DNA of 64,000 nt from Alphaproteobacteria bacterium (GTDB taxonomy: Bacteria > Pseudomonadota > Alphaproteobacteria > RF32 > CAG-239), in contig JAZLAM010000020.1 of NCBI GenBank assembly GCA_045613125.1, positions 4,782 through 68,781 of the forward strand. The letters run 5' to 3'. Position numbers and translations under genes: made by a program. Below are positions 26,806 to 36,103 of this stretch, piece by piece; position 1 is the stretch's first letter; each line of letters opens with the position of its first letter. The notes below the pieces were generated by a model. It was not told the origin of the DNA and did not search any database. It saw nothing but the letters and a program-made list of their open reading frames with translations.

Positions 26806-28368
26806 ATGATAGATGCTGTTAAGAAATTTTTCAAGACCGGATTTGCTGATATAAACGAAGTCTTTATTCAACCTTTTATAGAATTGTCATTTTACAAAAA
26901 ATGCTTTGTTTTAATAGTTTGTGGTTTGCTTCTTTATGTCCCATATATAAATTTGGTAAACGCCTCTCATGACGAACAGTACACAATGTTAATGAATCGG
27001 TTTTCTATCCCGGAGATGATTAGAATTATTGCAACCGAAGACGGACATCCTCCGTTTTCTTATCTGTATGCTAAGTTTTGGTGTGTGTTGTTTGGTGGCG
27101 ATGCATATAATATTTTACCGATGCGTATTGCGACACTTTTTAGTTTTTTTATGTTAGCACTGTTAGGGGTGTTTCCTGTAAGACGTTTGTTGGGTGATAA
27201 AGTAGCTCTTATCTTTATTGCTTCGGTTTTCTTGTTGCCATCGGCATATTTCTTAGCTATGAACATGAGAATGTATCCGTTAGCAGTGTTTTTGATTACG
27301 GGAACATTTATCTATGCTATGCTGATGGTTTATAAACCTAAGAAATTCGATTGGTTGTTGTTTGGCATATTTTCACTTCTTTCTCTTTATACTCACTACT
27401 ATGCTGCCATTTTAACAGTGGTTATTTGGGGAGTGGTGTTCCTTGATTTGATACGCCTTAAAAAATATAAAACTCTTAAAAAGTTTTTCTTAGGTGGTGT
27501 CGTAATTTCTCTTATGTACTTACCATGGTTGTTTGCTTTTATGCAACAATATCAAAATATGAAAGAAAATTGGTATCCGACAACAAATCATGTGTTTTTT
27601 GCTATTAGAGGAGCTTTGATGATTTACCAATCTCCGATAGAGATTTTTACTCTTTTTGCTGAGTTTTTCGGAATTTTATGTTGGTTATTGGTTTTTGAAT
27701 TTTTAATTGATAAAGATAAGAAAAATATTACGCATGTTGTTGTAAAACGAGCAGTTTGGGTGTTTTGGAGTATTTATATTATATCAGCATTATCTTCTAT
27801 CTTTTTTAGACCTAACTTAGTGGCAATGTATATGTGTATACCAGTAGGATTATTATATTTAAGCATTGCGATAACTTTTGTGCACTTCAAAAAATACAGA
27901 ACAATGCTTTTACTTTTCTTATTTCCTGTATTTTTAGTTGGTTATAGTGAATGTTATTATAAAGCTAATGATGAAACACTAGGTAATATGAAAAAATATA
28001 TTCAAACAAATATGTCGAAAGATACTTTAGTGTTATATGATTATACTCATGGACATATAAATATGATGTTTTATGGCAAAGACGCCAAGCTTTATTCCAC
28101 ATTATATAAAAACTACTTAGTTTTATATAAAGATGAAGTGCTAAAGGAAGAAGATAATATTAAAGATTTAAGTAAATATAAAGACATATATCATCTTTCG
28201 GTGCTGTGGTGGGACAATGAATATGGTGGATGTGATGCATCATTTGCAGCAAAATATGAAAGAAAATTTTATTGTTTTAATAAACTGGATGTCAAACAGG
28301 CAGAAAAACTTATTGAAAAGAAGAAAAGTTTTCGAATATTATCACTTGGTAATGTCCAGAAACACTAA
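26806..28368 (+). CDS. GT-C fold membrane glycosyltransferase (ArnT/PMT_2, GT39/GT83-like)
   Basis: About 11 TM helices. First periplasmic loop EDGHPPFSYLYAKFW resembles the ArnT/PMT motif. C-terminal ~140-aa soluble domain. 4-nt gaps to flanking genes indicate an operon. Confidence 0.55.
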   Translation: MIDAVKKFFKTGFADINEVFIQPFIELSFYKKCFVLIVCGLLLYVPYINLVNASHDEQYTMLMNRFSIPEMIRIIATEDGHPPFSYLYAKFWCVLFGGDAYNILPMRIATLFSFFMLALLGVFPVRRLLGDKVALIFIASVFLLPSAYFLAMNMRMYPLAVFLITGTFIYAMLMVYKPKKFDWLLFGIFSLLSLYTHYYAAILTVVIWGVVFLDLIRLKKYKTLKKFFLGGVVISLMYLPWLFAFMQQYQNMKENWYPTTNHVFFAIRGALMIYQSPIEIFTLFAEFFGILCWLLVFEFLIDKDKKNITHVVVKRAVWVFWSIYIISALSSIFFRPNLVAMYMCIPVGLLYLSIAITFVHFKKYRTMLLLFLFPVFLVGYSECYYKANDETLGNMKKYIQTNMSKDTLVLYDYTHGHINMMFYGKDAKLYSTLYKNYLVLYKDEVLKEEDNIKDLSKYKDIYHLSVLWWDNEYGGCDASFAAKYERKFYCFNKLDVKQAEKLIEKKKSFRILSLGNVQKH

Positions 28369-29474
28369 CTACATAAATCTTCTATGATTTTATTTAACAA
28401 CAAGAAACCTTCTTTTGTAGCATATATACAATCGGAGGTTTCTTTTATTAGACCTAAATTTAACAATTCGTTTTTTGCTTTTTGATTTATAAAATTATCA
28501 AATTTTATATTACATATTTGTTCAAAATGCTGTTTATTTATACCTTGATTAAGCCGTAATCCCATAATTATCAGCTCTTCAGCTCGTTCTTGCTTGGTAA
28601 GCTTTTCCATATTATGAGGATACGTTATGGCAAAATGTTCATCGTTAATTTTTAAGCGTCCGTGAGCAGATTCTCCAATGCCTATATATTCGTCTCCAAG
28701 CCAATAACACTTATTGTGTGATGACTGATATGAAACTTGAGCAAAATTTGAAACCTCATATTGCGGATAGCCGTTTGCTTCTAAAAAAGATATTGTATCA
28801 GTGTACATTCTAGCAGCTAATTCTTCATTAAGAGGTTTAATACCTTTTGCTGCAAAAACAGTTCCTTCTTCTATGGTTAACTGATATAATGATAAATGCT
28901 TAAATCCAAAATTTACAGATTGCTCAAGTTCTTTTTGCCATGAAGAAAATGTTTGTTCTGGTCTTGCATATATCAAATCAATAGAGTGATTATTAAAAGA
29001 TGTTAAAACCTCCTCAATGCTATGCAATGCTTGATTTAAGTTATGTGTGCGTCCCAAAAACTTTAAGTCATTGTCATTTAGTGCTTGCACACCAAGAGAA
29101 AGACGATTTACACCGGCATTTTTAATGAGCTTAAACATGTTTTCATATTCAGAGTTCGGATTGGCTTCTAAGCTGATTTCGATGTTTTTTTCTATCGGCC
29201 ATAATTTATATATATGTTCAATGATACGATATATATTTTCGGGTTTTATAAGGGAAGGGGTTCCACCACCAAAAAACACAGATCGAACTACTCTGTTTGG
29301 AACTAAAGAATGATAATAATCCAATTCTTTTATGTAAGTATCAATAATGAGCGTTTGATCTAAATCTTTTTTTATTTTTTTAAAAAAATCACAATAAGGG
29401 CATTTGCTTTTGCAAAAAGGCCAATGAATATAAATTGATAAGGGTTTATATTCCATTGGCCTTAAAACTTTCAA
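28365..29474 (-). CDS. hemW: radical SAM heme chaperone HemW (coproporphyrinogen III oxidase-like)
   Basis: CKSKCPYCDF radical-SAM cysteine motif; FFGGGTPS; HemN-like C-terminal domain. Confidence 0.8.
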   Translation of the reverse strand: MKVLRPMEYKPLSIYIHWPFCKSKCPYCDFFKKIKKDLDQTLIIDTYIKELDYYHSLVPNRVVRSVFFGGGTPSLIKPENIYRIIEHIYKLWPIEKNIEISLEANPNSEYENMFKLIKNAGVNRLSLGVQALNDNDLKFLGRTHNLNQALHSIEEVLTSFNNHSIDLIYARPEQTFSSWQKELEQSVNFGFKHLSLYQLTIEEGTVFAAKGIKPLNEELAARMYTDTISFLEANGYPQYEVSNFAQVSYQSSHNKCYWLGDEYIGIGESAHGRLKINDEHFAITYPHNMEKLTKQERAEELIIMGLRLNQGINKQHFEQICNIKFDNFINQKAKNELLNLGLIKETSDCIYATKEGFLLLNKIIEDLCS

Positions 29475-29485
29475 TAAAATTGATA

Positions 29486-30376
29486 TTAAACTAAAATTGT
29501 ATCAAGAAGTTCTTTGGTATACGCCCTTAAATCAGGATTTAACATCAAAGATAATTTCAAATTTGATTTAGCCAGTTCATCGTTGGTGCCACAATCAAAA
29601 CGCAGACCTCTGCATAACACACCTGTTAACGGTACACCACGTTCTGTAGCCAAATTAAGAGCATCGGTAAGATTAATTTCACCATTTGAACCGTTTTTAA
29701 CTTCAGGTAAAATATCCATAATTACATTAGGTAAAATATATGGCCCCATGCTGGCATAATTTGACGGAACTTCTTCCAATTTTGGTTTTTCAACCAAACC
29801 TTTAGCCTGAACAGTGCGTCCATCCCTTACGGCACCGACCAATGCACCATATCTTACCATTTCTTCTTTCGGAAATTCCATAATATTTTCAACTATCCCG
29901 CCGGTTTTTTCATAAACATCGGAAAGTTGTTTTAAGATACCTTCTCCGTGAAAATTAATATATATATCATCCGGCCACATTACAATGAAATCTCGTTTTC
30001 CGACAATTTCTTTGGCCATTAAAATTGCATGTCCGTTACCTAAAGGCTCTTTTTGTTCAGCAAAAGAAAATTTCATCCCTTCAGGAATTATATCTTTAAC
30101 AGCTTTGAGTAAATCTGTTTTTCCCTTTTTTTCTAAATGTGCTTCAAGCCAAGGATATGGAGAAAAATATCTTTCAAAAAGATGTTTACAAGATTGATCA
30201 CTATAAATAAAGACAATCTCTTTAACACCGATTTCTTTACAAGCATTTATGGCATATTGAATAATCGGAAGGTTGTTTAATGTTAAAAAACCTTTATGTA
30301 AAACTTTAGTTGCTGGGAGGTTGCGAGTAGATAAACCGGCAACCGGTAAAATACAAACTTCTGGTTTGTTAGGCAT
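29486..30376 (-). CDS. galU: UTP--glucose-1-phosphate uridylyltransferase
   Basis: N-terminal PVAGLSTRNLPATKVLHKGFL, close to the GalU consensus ([21 protein letters not shown]); about 295 aa. Confidence 0.85.
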   Translation of the reverse strand: MPNKPEVCILPVAGLSTRNLPATKVLHKGFLTLNNLPIIQYAINACKEIGVKEIVFIYSDQSCKHLFERYFSPYPWLEAHLEKKGKTDLLKAVKDIIPEGMKFSFAEQKEPLGNGHAILMAKEIVGKRDFIVMWPDDIYINFHGEGILKQLSDVYEKTGGIVENIMEFPKEEMVRYGALVGAVRDGRTVQAKGLVEKPKLEEVPSNYASMGPYILPNVIMDILPEVKNGSNGEINLTDALNLATERGVPLTGVLCRGLRFDCGTNDELAKSNLKLSLMLNPDLRAYTKELLDTILV

Positions 30377-30470
30377 ATTTTAGCTCCAAATTATATAGTT
30401 AGTGTTATATAACCCAATATAACATTGTTTTTATATAAAGCAACAAATGTTTTATGATGTTTGCACAGCA

Positions 30471-32024
30471 TTATCTTGCATATTGATTAAATATATATGC
30501 ATTTATATCTGGAGTAAAACCATTATCTTTTATGCGTTTATTATTGATAGAATTTTGGATTATATGTCCATACCTGTTAGAGACCTGATATATACCTTCA
30601 AAACGAGCAATTTCCGAAGCTGAAAGGTTTGTAAAAGCTTCTTCAATATCCAAAGATGCAGAAGGTGAAAATTCATCAAAAGTGGGTTCTAACTTACCAA
30701 TCATGCGTAAAAAACACATTCTGTTAGTTTCATCATCAAGGCTAAAAGCTTCTTTTGCATTAAAATCTTTTAACGATTCCGGCATATATTCATTAAACAA
30801 AAAGTCTCGGCATTCTTTATATGTTCCGTCTGCAAAATCTGGCTCGGCTTCAATCTGGAGATATCCATCATCTTCGAGGCGTCTTACTTTATCAACAACC
30901 ATCATATTATATTGATGTATTGCATTTTTGTTTATTTGTGCAATTTTGTTCGTCAAGATTTTCTTTCTTGCCAATAACTGAGCTTTTTCCATTTCTTGTT
31001 GTTTAACATTTTTTTGCATTCTTATTTCTTCAGGATCTTGGCTGTTTTTATTAAGTTGTTTTTTTAATCTCTCTGTTTTATCATAGTCTTTATTTATCTG
31101 TTTTTCAATTTCTCTAATTTCTTCATAAACTTTATGAGTTCTTATATCTGCATAATAAAGACAATCTATTTTGAATTGTACTTCTGTATCAATTATTTGG
31201 CCTTCTTCATCAGGAATATGTAAAACAAGTTTGATATCAAAATACATTTTGGGGTTATCTTCCAATTTGTCGGTAAAACGATTACGAGTTTCTTCAAAAA
31301 TGGTATAATAAGGCTCTTCTTCTTTTATCCTTTTTTCTTCAGAAGCGTTGGTTTTGTGATAGTCTTTGGAATTTTTTGTACATATGGTTCTGTCTCTTTG
31401 AAACAAATTACAAACACGTTCAACATCGGTTTTGTATTTACAAGTTACCGTAAGGCGTAAAGGATCATGTAACTTACTGCTTGGAGACGGTATATCTTGT
31501 AAAGCTGAAGTATATCCTTCTCTATCTTCATCAATAAATGCAATATCCGAAATTTTATGCAACTCTTTATTATATTCTTTACCATATTCATAAATGGTTT
31601 TATCAACCGCTCTTCTTGCATCTTTCATTTTCGGAAAGATAATTTTTATCGGATTGTTAAATTTATCAAAATATAAAAGTTCGGTGTTTGTGAAAGGAGT
31701 AACAACTTTTAGCGAATAGTTTATCGGAGCTCCGTTTGCATCTGTTTCAACTTTACCGGTGTTAAGATCAATTGCATAAGTTGCTTCCGGTTGTCTGAAT
31801 AAGTCAAAAATAGCACGATATGTACGATTATATATTTTACCTGGATTTTTATAAAACTTTTTTAAACAGTCATAACTAATGTCATCAATTTCCATATCTT
31901 TATATGCTTGATAAATAATCGCAAGGTTTTTCTCAGACATTTCGGATATAATTTCTTTTATCCGATTCTTAGGCATTTCAAAAACTTCACTTACACTATA
32001 TTCTTTTTCTTTATTTTCTAACAT
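30471..32024 (-). CDS. hypothetical protein, ~517 aa, central coiled coil; no confident domain
   Basis: Start set at MLENKEKEY (aagg SD 9 nt upstream). Weak, unverified resemblance of the segment QIIDTEVQFKIDCLYYADIRTHKVYE to the RelA/SpoT-synthetase EIQIRT...WAE.EH..YK motif. Confidence 0.35.
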   Translation of the reverse strand: MLENKEKEYSVSEVFEMPKNRIKEIISEMSEKNLAIIYQAYKDMEIDDISYDCLKKFYKNPGKIYNRTYRAIFDLFRQPEATYAIDLNTGKVETDANGAPINYSLKVVTPFTNTELLYFDKFNNPIKIIFPKMKDARRAVDKTIYEYGKEYNKELHKISDIAFIDEDREGYTSALQDIPSPSSKLHDPLRLTVTCKYKTDVERVCNLFQRDRTICTKNSKDYHKTNASEEKRIKEEEPYYTIFEETRNRFTDKLEDNPKMYFDIKLVLHIPDEEGQIIDTEVQFKIDCLYYADIRTHKVYEEIREIEKQINKDYDKTERLKKQLNKNSQDPEEIRMQKNVKQQEMEKAQLLARKKILTNKIAQINKNAIHQYNMMVVDKVRRLEDDGYLQIEAEPDFADGTYKECRDFLFNEYMPESLKDFNAKEAFSLDDETNRMCFLRMIGKLEPTFDEFSPSASLDIEEAFTNLSASEIARFEGIYQVSNRYGHIIQNSINNKRIKDNGFTPDINAYIFNQYAR

Positions 32025-32178
32025 GTTACAACCTTTCATGAAGAAACATTTTGCCATAAATTTTATTGTTTGGCAAGTTTTAATTTTAGTCCTAAATAAA
32101 AATATACATGTGTGTTAAATGATAAAAGAGTTGAGGTTTAAAAATATACTGTTATTCTTAAACTCAAGGAGAAATATA

Positions 32179-32757
32179 ATGACTAAAGTTGCAGTATGGT
32201 GCAGACATCAAAATGACAATATCATTGGTATAGGGCCGGAAATTCCATGGCGTGTGTCGTCAGATTTTAAGCGTTTCAGACGTATTACCGAAGGACAAAA
32301 TATTGTTGCGGGAGAGAAAACTTACGAAAGTTTTCCTAACAGGACTTTACCTAACAGAAAAATTTATGTTCTGACCTTTAATGAAAGTTATGAAGTTTCG
32401 GATAATAAAAACCACTTTGTTGTTACTGATATAAATAAATTTAAAGATTTTGAACAAGATTTGTATATTTCCGGTGGAGCTACCATATATAAGCTTTTTA
32501 TGAGCTTGAATGAAAAATTGATGCCGGATATTATAGTTGATAGTGTCTATAAAGGAGAACTTAATCCTAATTTGACGGGAGATAAAATTGATATTACGGA
32601 ATGTGTTAATATTATGAATGATAAATATTTTCGTATTTCAGATGAGTATGAATTGGATAATATCATAACTTCCGTATGGGTTAAAAAAGGTGATTTTGTT
32701 GAACAATCTGTCCTTAAACGGATTATTTACGCGATAGAAAACGAAGGAGAAAAATAA
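32179..32757 (+). CDS. folA: dihydrofolate reductase
   Basis: MTKVAVWCRHQNDNIIGIGPEIPWRVSSDFKRFRRITEGQNIVAGEKTYESF is a DHFR N-terminal signature. Start moved to 32179 (aaggag SD 7 nt upstream). Abuts thyA. Confidence 0.8.
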   Translation: MTKVAVWCRHQNDNIIGIGPEIPWRVSSDFKRFRRITEGQNIVAGEKTYESFPNRTLPNRKIYVLTFNESYEVSDNKNHFVVTDINKFKDFEQDLYISGGATIYKLFMSLNEKLMPDIIVDSVYKGELNPNLTGDKIDITECVNIMNDKYFRISDEYELDNIITSVWVKKGDFVEQSVLKRIIYAIENEGEK

Positions 32758-33543
32758 ATGAAAGAATATCTTGATTTGCTGCAAGACATTTTGGATAACG
32801 GTGTTGATAAAATCGATAGGACAGGGGTTGGAACGCGTTCTGTGTTCGGACGACAAATGCGTTTTGATTTGAGCAAAGGTTTTCCTCTTGTAACAACTAA
32901 GAAAGTCCATCTTAAAAGCATTATTTATGAACTCCTATGGTTTATAAAAGGTGATACAAACGTTAAATATTTGCAAGACAATGGTGTTCGTATATGGAAT
33001 GAATGGGCTGATGAAAATGGCAATTTGGGTCCTGTTTATGGTTCTCAATGGCGCAATTGGAACGGTGAAGGTGTTGATCAACTGGCAGATGTTATCAAAC
33101 GTTTGAAAGAAACTCCAAATGATAGAAGAATGATTGTATCAGCTTGGAATGTCAGTAAAATTTCGCAAATGAAATTGCCTCCGTGTCATATGATGTTCCA
33201 ATTTTATGTGGCAAATGGTAAACTTTCGTGTATGTTGTATCAACGTTCGTGCGATATGTTTTTAGGTGTTCCGTTTAATATAGCATCATACGCTCTTTTA
33301 ACCATGATGATAGCTCAAGTATGCGGTTTAGAGGTTGGAGAGTTTGTTCATACCTTGGGAGATACTCATATATATCACAACCATTTTGATCAGGTAAAAG
33401 AACAACTTACACATACACCGTTAAAGCTTCCGGTTATGAAAATTAATCCTGATGTTAAAGATATAAATGACTTTAAGTTTGAAGATTTTGAACTGGTTGG
33501 ATATGAAAGTTACGGAGTTATAAAAGGTAAAGTTGCCGTATAA
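32758..33543 (+). CDS. thyA: thymidylate synthase (ThyA type)
   Basis: Classical ThyA motifs (DRTGVGT, LPPCH, active-site Cys context, C-terminal ...AV). Confidence 0.95.
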   Translation: MKEYLDLLQDILDNGVDKIDRTGVGTRSVFGRQMRFDLSKGFPLVTTKKVHLKSIIYELLWFIKGDTNVKYLQDNGVRIWNEWADENGNLGPVYGSQWRNWNGEGVDQLADVIKRLKETPNDRRMIVSAWNVSKISQMKLPPCHMMFQFYVANGKLSCMLYQRSCDMFLGVPFNIASYALLTMMIAQVCGLEVGEFVHTLGDTHIYHNHFDQVKEQLTHTPLKLPVMKINPDVKDINDFKFEDFELVGYESYGVIKGKVAV

Positions 33544-33659
33544 ATTATACTTTATTTTTATTAAATAGCATATTTATGGTTGACAAAAAACATAAATATG
33601 CTATTTTTTTGTTTAGATATATATAATTAGTACGTATAACACTTATAATTAAAATCATT

Positions 33660-34223
33660 ATGAAAACAAATCACACTAAAGAAAGAGCTAGACTCTTTAC
33701 TACATCTGCAGATGTGTTAAAATTAAAGGATGCACAATTGCAAAAGAAAACAGTCAAAACACCACTGCCAATAATTTACAAGACAGAAGATGGGATGTTT
33801 GAAGAACTCAATTATCTTGACTTATCAAGACGTCATGAGGTTTGTGGTATTTTAACCGGAATGATTGTTTGGCCTCTTGTCGGACAAAGTTTTAACATTC
33901 CCTACTTTGGTGTTGAAAAATACGTCGAAACTAGTAATGGAGAAGTAGATGAACTTTGTTTGCCAAGTGTTGCCGGTTTCGAGAGCTTTGATGAAGGAGA
34001 ACTGAATGCAACTTTTCATATTTTAAGATCTTACGGCTTAGAATGTGAAGATTTTGTAAAACATGGCGTTTATTGGACAAGAAATCGAGACGGATACTCT
34101 GTCGCTGCATATTCGTTTGCAAGCAAAACTACGTATTATGTCAATCCAAACAGAAGGACAGGACATTTCCGTGGTTGTGTGTCAAAATGCCGTTTGTGTA
34201 TTAGCGGTAAACTCAAAAAATAG
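33660..34223 (+). CDS. hypothetical protein
   Basis: ORF followed by a strong terminator; no recognisable motif. Confidence 0.3.
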   Translation: MKTNHTKERARLFTTSADVLKLKDAQLQKKTVKTPLPIIYKTEDGMFEELNYLDLSRRHEVCGILTGMIVWPLVGQSFNIPYFGVEKYVETSNGEVDELCLPSVAGFESFDEGELNATFHILRSYGLECEDFVKHGVYWTRNRDGYSVAAYSFASKTTYYVNPNRRTGHFRGCVSKCRLCISGKLKK

Positions 34224-34256
34224 TAGGAATAATCTTGCTGATTTGTACAAATTTAT

Positions 34257-34288
34257 ACCTCCCAACCAAGTTGGGAGGTATGTTTTTG
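34257..34288 (+). terminator. rho-independent terminator
   Basis: acctcccaac / gttgggaggt 10-bp stem followed by T5. Confidence 0.7.
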
Positions 34289-34329
34289 AATTAGATTTAA
34301 AAAAGCATCATCGTATGAGTTGTTAGTTG

Positions 34330-34530
34330 GGAAAATTTAATCGGGAGATCGCTGGACGCGTTCGGCATAAAAGCCTCAGCGAGCGATGACTTTTACTAGA
34401 ATCGTCACCGGCTTTGAACGAAAAAAATAATACTGTCACCGCTCCGAGCAAAGCGAGATCAAGCGGCCTTCAAATTAGTTTAAAAAATCGGAAGGTCCCT
34501 TGACGTTTCTTGGCAGAAACGAGGGAAGAC
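34330..34530 (+). ncRNA. candidate structured non-coding RNA or leader (GC-rich island in an AT-rich intergenic region); identity unknown
   Basis: Local GC is far above the genome background. Short complementary segments (tcgctg/cagcga; repeated gtcaccg). No ORF. A downstream long hairpin plus U-tract at 34631-34690 could serve as its 3' end. Strand not established. Confidence 0.2.
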
Positions 34531-34630
34531 AGGTTTGTGTTTTTTTGTATTTTTATGGCATAAAATGGGTATTTTTTTCAGCAAATGAGAATCGTTAAAA
34601 AACGTTTATTTACAATGCTTTCAAGCATTT

Positions 34631-34690
34631 AAAACTGCTCTATTTAAACGTACGTTTAAATCAAGCAGTTTTTTTGATGTTTTTTTCGAA
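34631..34690 (+). terminator. 42-bp near-perfect palindrome/hairpin (contains 18-bp perfect palindrome TTTAAACGTACGTTTAAA at 34643-34660) followed by T7 and T7 runs
   Basis: aaaactgctcta-TTTAAACGTACGTTTAAA-tcaagcagtttt then tttttttgatgttttttt; read directly from the sequence. Confidence 0.5.
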
Positions 34691-34784
34691 CCTCTATTTC
34701 TTCTAAATCTTTGAAAAACAATAAAATGCAAATTTTAAATTTTGTAAATTTCTCCTTTTTACACTGCGTCAAAAAAACGTACGT

Positions 34785-34800
34785 TTAAATTACACTACTT
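34785..34800. promoter_or_regulatory. second copy of the AAACGTACGTTTAAAT motif (12-bp perfect palindrome core), about 100 bp upstream of the 34898 gene
   Basis: Identical 16-mer at 34646-34661 and 34785-34800. Confidence 0.5.
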
Positions 34801-34897
34801 ATGTGCTGAAAAAACTTGGAAATCTGGACCAAAGCGCTTGGTGTGGTTGTTCGTTTTTTTAGCCTATGTAACGTTATATAAATAGGAGATTTTTATT

Positions 34898-35515
34898 ATG
34901 AAAAAACATATTTTATTAACAACAATGGCAATGCTTTTATCTGCTACGGCTATTAATGCAAATGCCGGTTCAAACAGCGCAACCCTTGAAATGACAGTAT
35001 CTGTGTTAGCACCAGTTGAAATTATCAAAAAGCAATATCTAGGATTTGGTGTAGTTCTAGCAGGAGAAGAAGGTGAAACCGTGATTGTTACAACAGACGG
35101 AAAATTAGATCCGAAATCCACCGCAACTATGATGTTAAAAGCCACATATCAGAACTATGGCGATGGTGAGTCCTATCCGGGTACTGCACATGGTTCATTA
35201 AATGAGGGTTTATTTCAAATTAAACACCCGGACATAACAACGGAATATGATGAAGAAAGTTTGAATTTATTATATAAAGTAAACTTTGCTCAGAATGAAG
35301 TTAATCTTGTTGATGCCGCAACCGGAACAACGTGTGGCAGCGTTAGTGGTTTTGACGCTCGTTTTACACCTTCAGCTGAAGGAGAAATGCATCTTCATGT
35401 TGGTGGAACTTTTACAACCGCTAAGATGAGTAAAAGTGCAACATGTCAGGGGGAAACAACTGTTACAATCGTTTTAAATGAAGAGTATATAAAAAGTGAT
35501 ATAGAGAATATGTAG
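34898..35515 (+). CDS. secreted protein, possibly SCPU/DUF4402-like (Csu-type pilin fold)
   Basis: Signal peptide ...AINANA. Mature N-terminus ATLEMTVSVLAPVEIIKKQYLGFGVV resembles the SCPU/DUF4402 donor-strand region. Two Cys (CGSVSG...CQGE). Confidence 0.35.
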   Translation: MKKHILLTTMAMLLSATAINANAGSNSATLEMTVSVLAPVEIIKKQYLGFGVVLAGEEGETVIVTTDGKLDPKSTATMMLKATYQNYGDGESYPGTAHGSLNEGLFQIKHPDITTEYDEESLNLLYKVNFAQNEVNLVDAATGTTCGSVSGFDARFTPSAEGEMHLHVGGTFTTAKMSKSATCQGETTVTIVLNEEYIKSDIENM

Positions 35516-35577
35516 TTCAATATATTGCCAATAAAAAACTCGTTTATGTTCAGCTAGTGTCTGATACAAAAAAAAGC

Positions 35578-35613
35578 TTGGATGAAAAATCCAAGCTTTT
35601 TTGTATTCTGTAA
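35578..35613. terminator. bidirectional hairpin terminator between convergent genes
   Basis: aaaagcttgga tgaaaaa tccaagctttt, flanked by A-run and T-run. Confidence 0.65.
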
Positions 35614-35623
35614 AACGTAAATA

Positions 35624-36103
35624 CTAACGTTTTGAGAATTGGAATGAGCGACGTGCTTTTGCTTTACCGTATTTTTTACGTTCAACAACACGATCATCAC
35701 GAGTTAAGAAACCAGCTTGTTTCAAAACGGTGCGAAGTTCCGGCTCATATTCATTCAAAGCTTTTGAGATACCGTGTTTGATAGCACCGGCCTGACCTGA
35801 CAAGCCACCGCCTTTAACTGTACAAACAACGTCAAATTCATTCAAACGATTGGTGATTTCAAACGGTTGATTGATAATCATCTTCAAAACAGGACGTGCA
35901 AAGTATGTATCAATGTTTTTATCATTGATTGTGATGTTACCTTTACCAGGCATAATCCAAACTCTTGCAACAGCGTCTTTTCTTTTACCTGTAGCATAAG
36001 AACGACCAAGCTTGTCTTTGTTTGCTTTACGAGCAACAGGAGCTTCAGTTTTGCTTGTTGTTGCAGATTTTATTTCTTGCAAAGATTCTAATTTCTTAGC
36101 CAT
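35624..36103 (-). CDS. rpsI: 30S ribosomal protein S9
   Basis: C-terminal ...[11 protein letters not shown] signature; start overlaps the rplM stop (TAATG). Confidence 0.9.
   Translation of the reverse strand: MAKKLESLQEIKSATTSKTEAPVARKANKDKLGRSYATGKRKDAVARVWIMPGKGNITINDKNIDTYFARPVLKMIINQPFEITNRLNEFDVVCTVKGGGLSGQAGAIKHGISKALNEYEPELRTVLKQAGFLTRDDRVVERKKYGKAKARRSFQFSKR

Noticed and set aside
34330-34530. tRNA or tmRNA gene in the GC-rich intergenic island
   Set aside because: There is no GTTCRANYC T-arm and no cloverleaf-compatible pairing. No tmRNA tag reading frame (…AA-stop) or acceptor/T-arm was found. It is kept only as an unidentified structured-RNA candidate.
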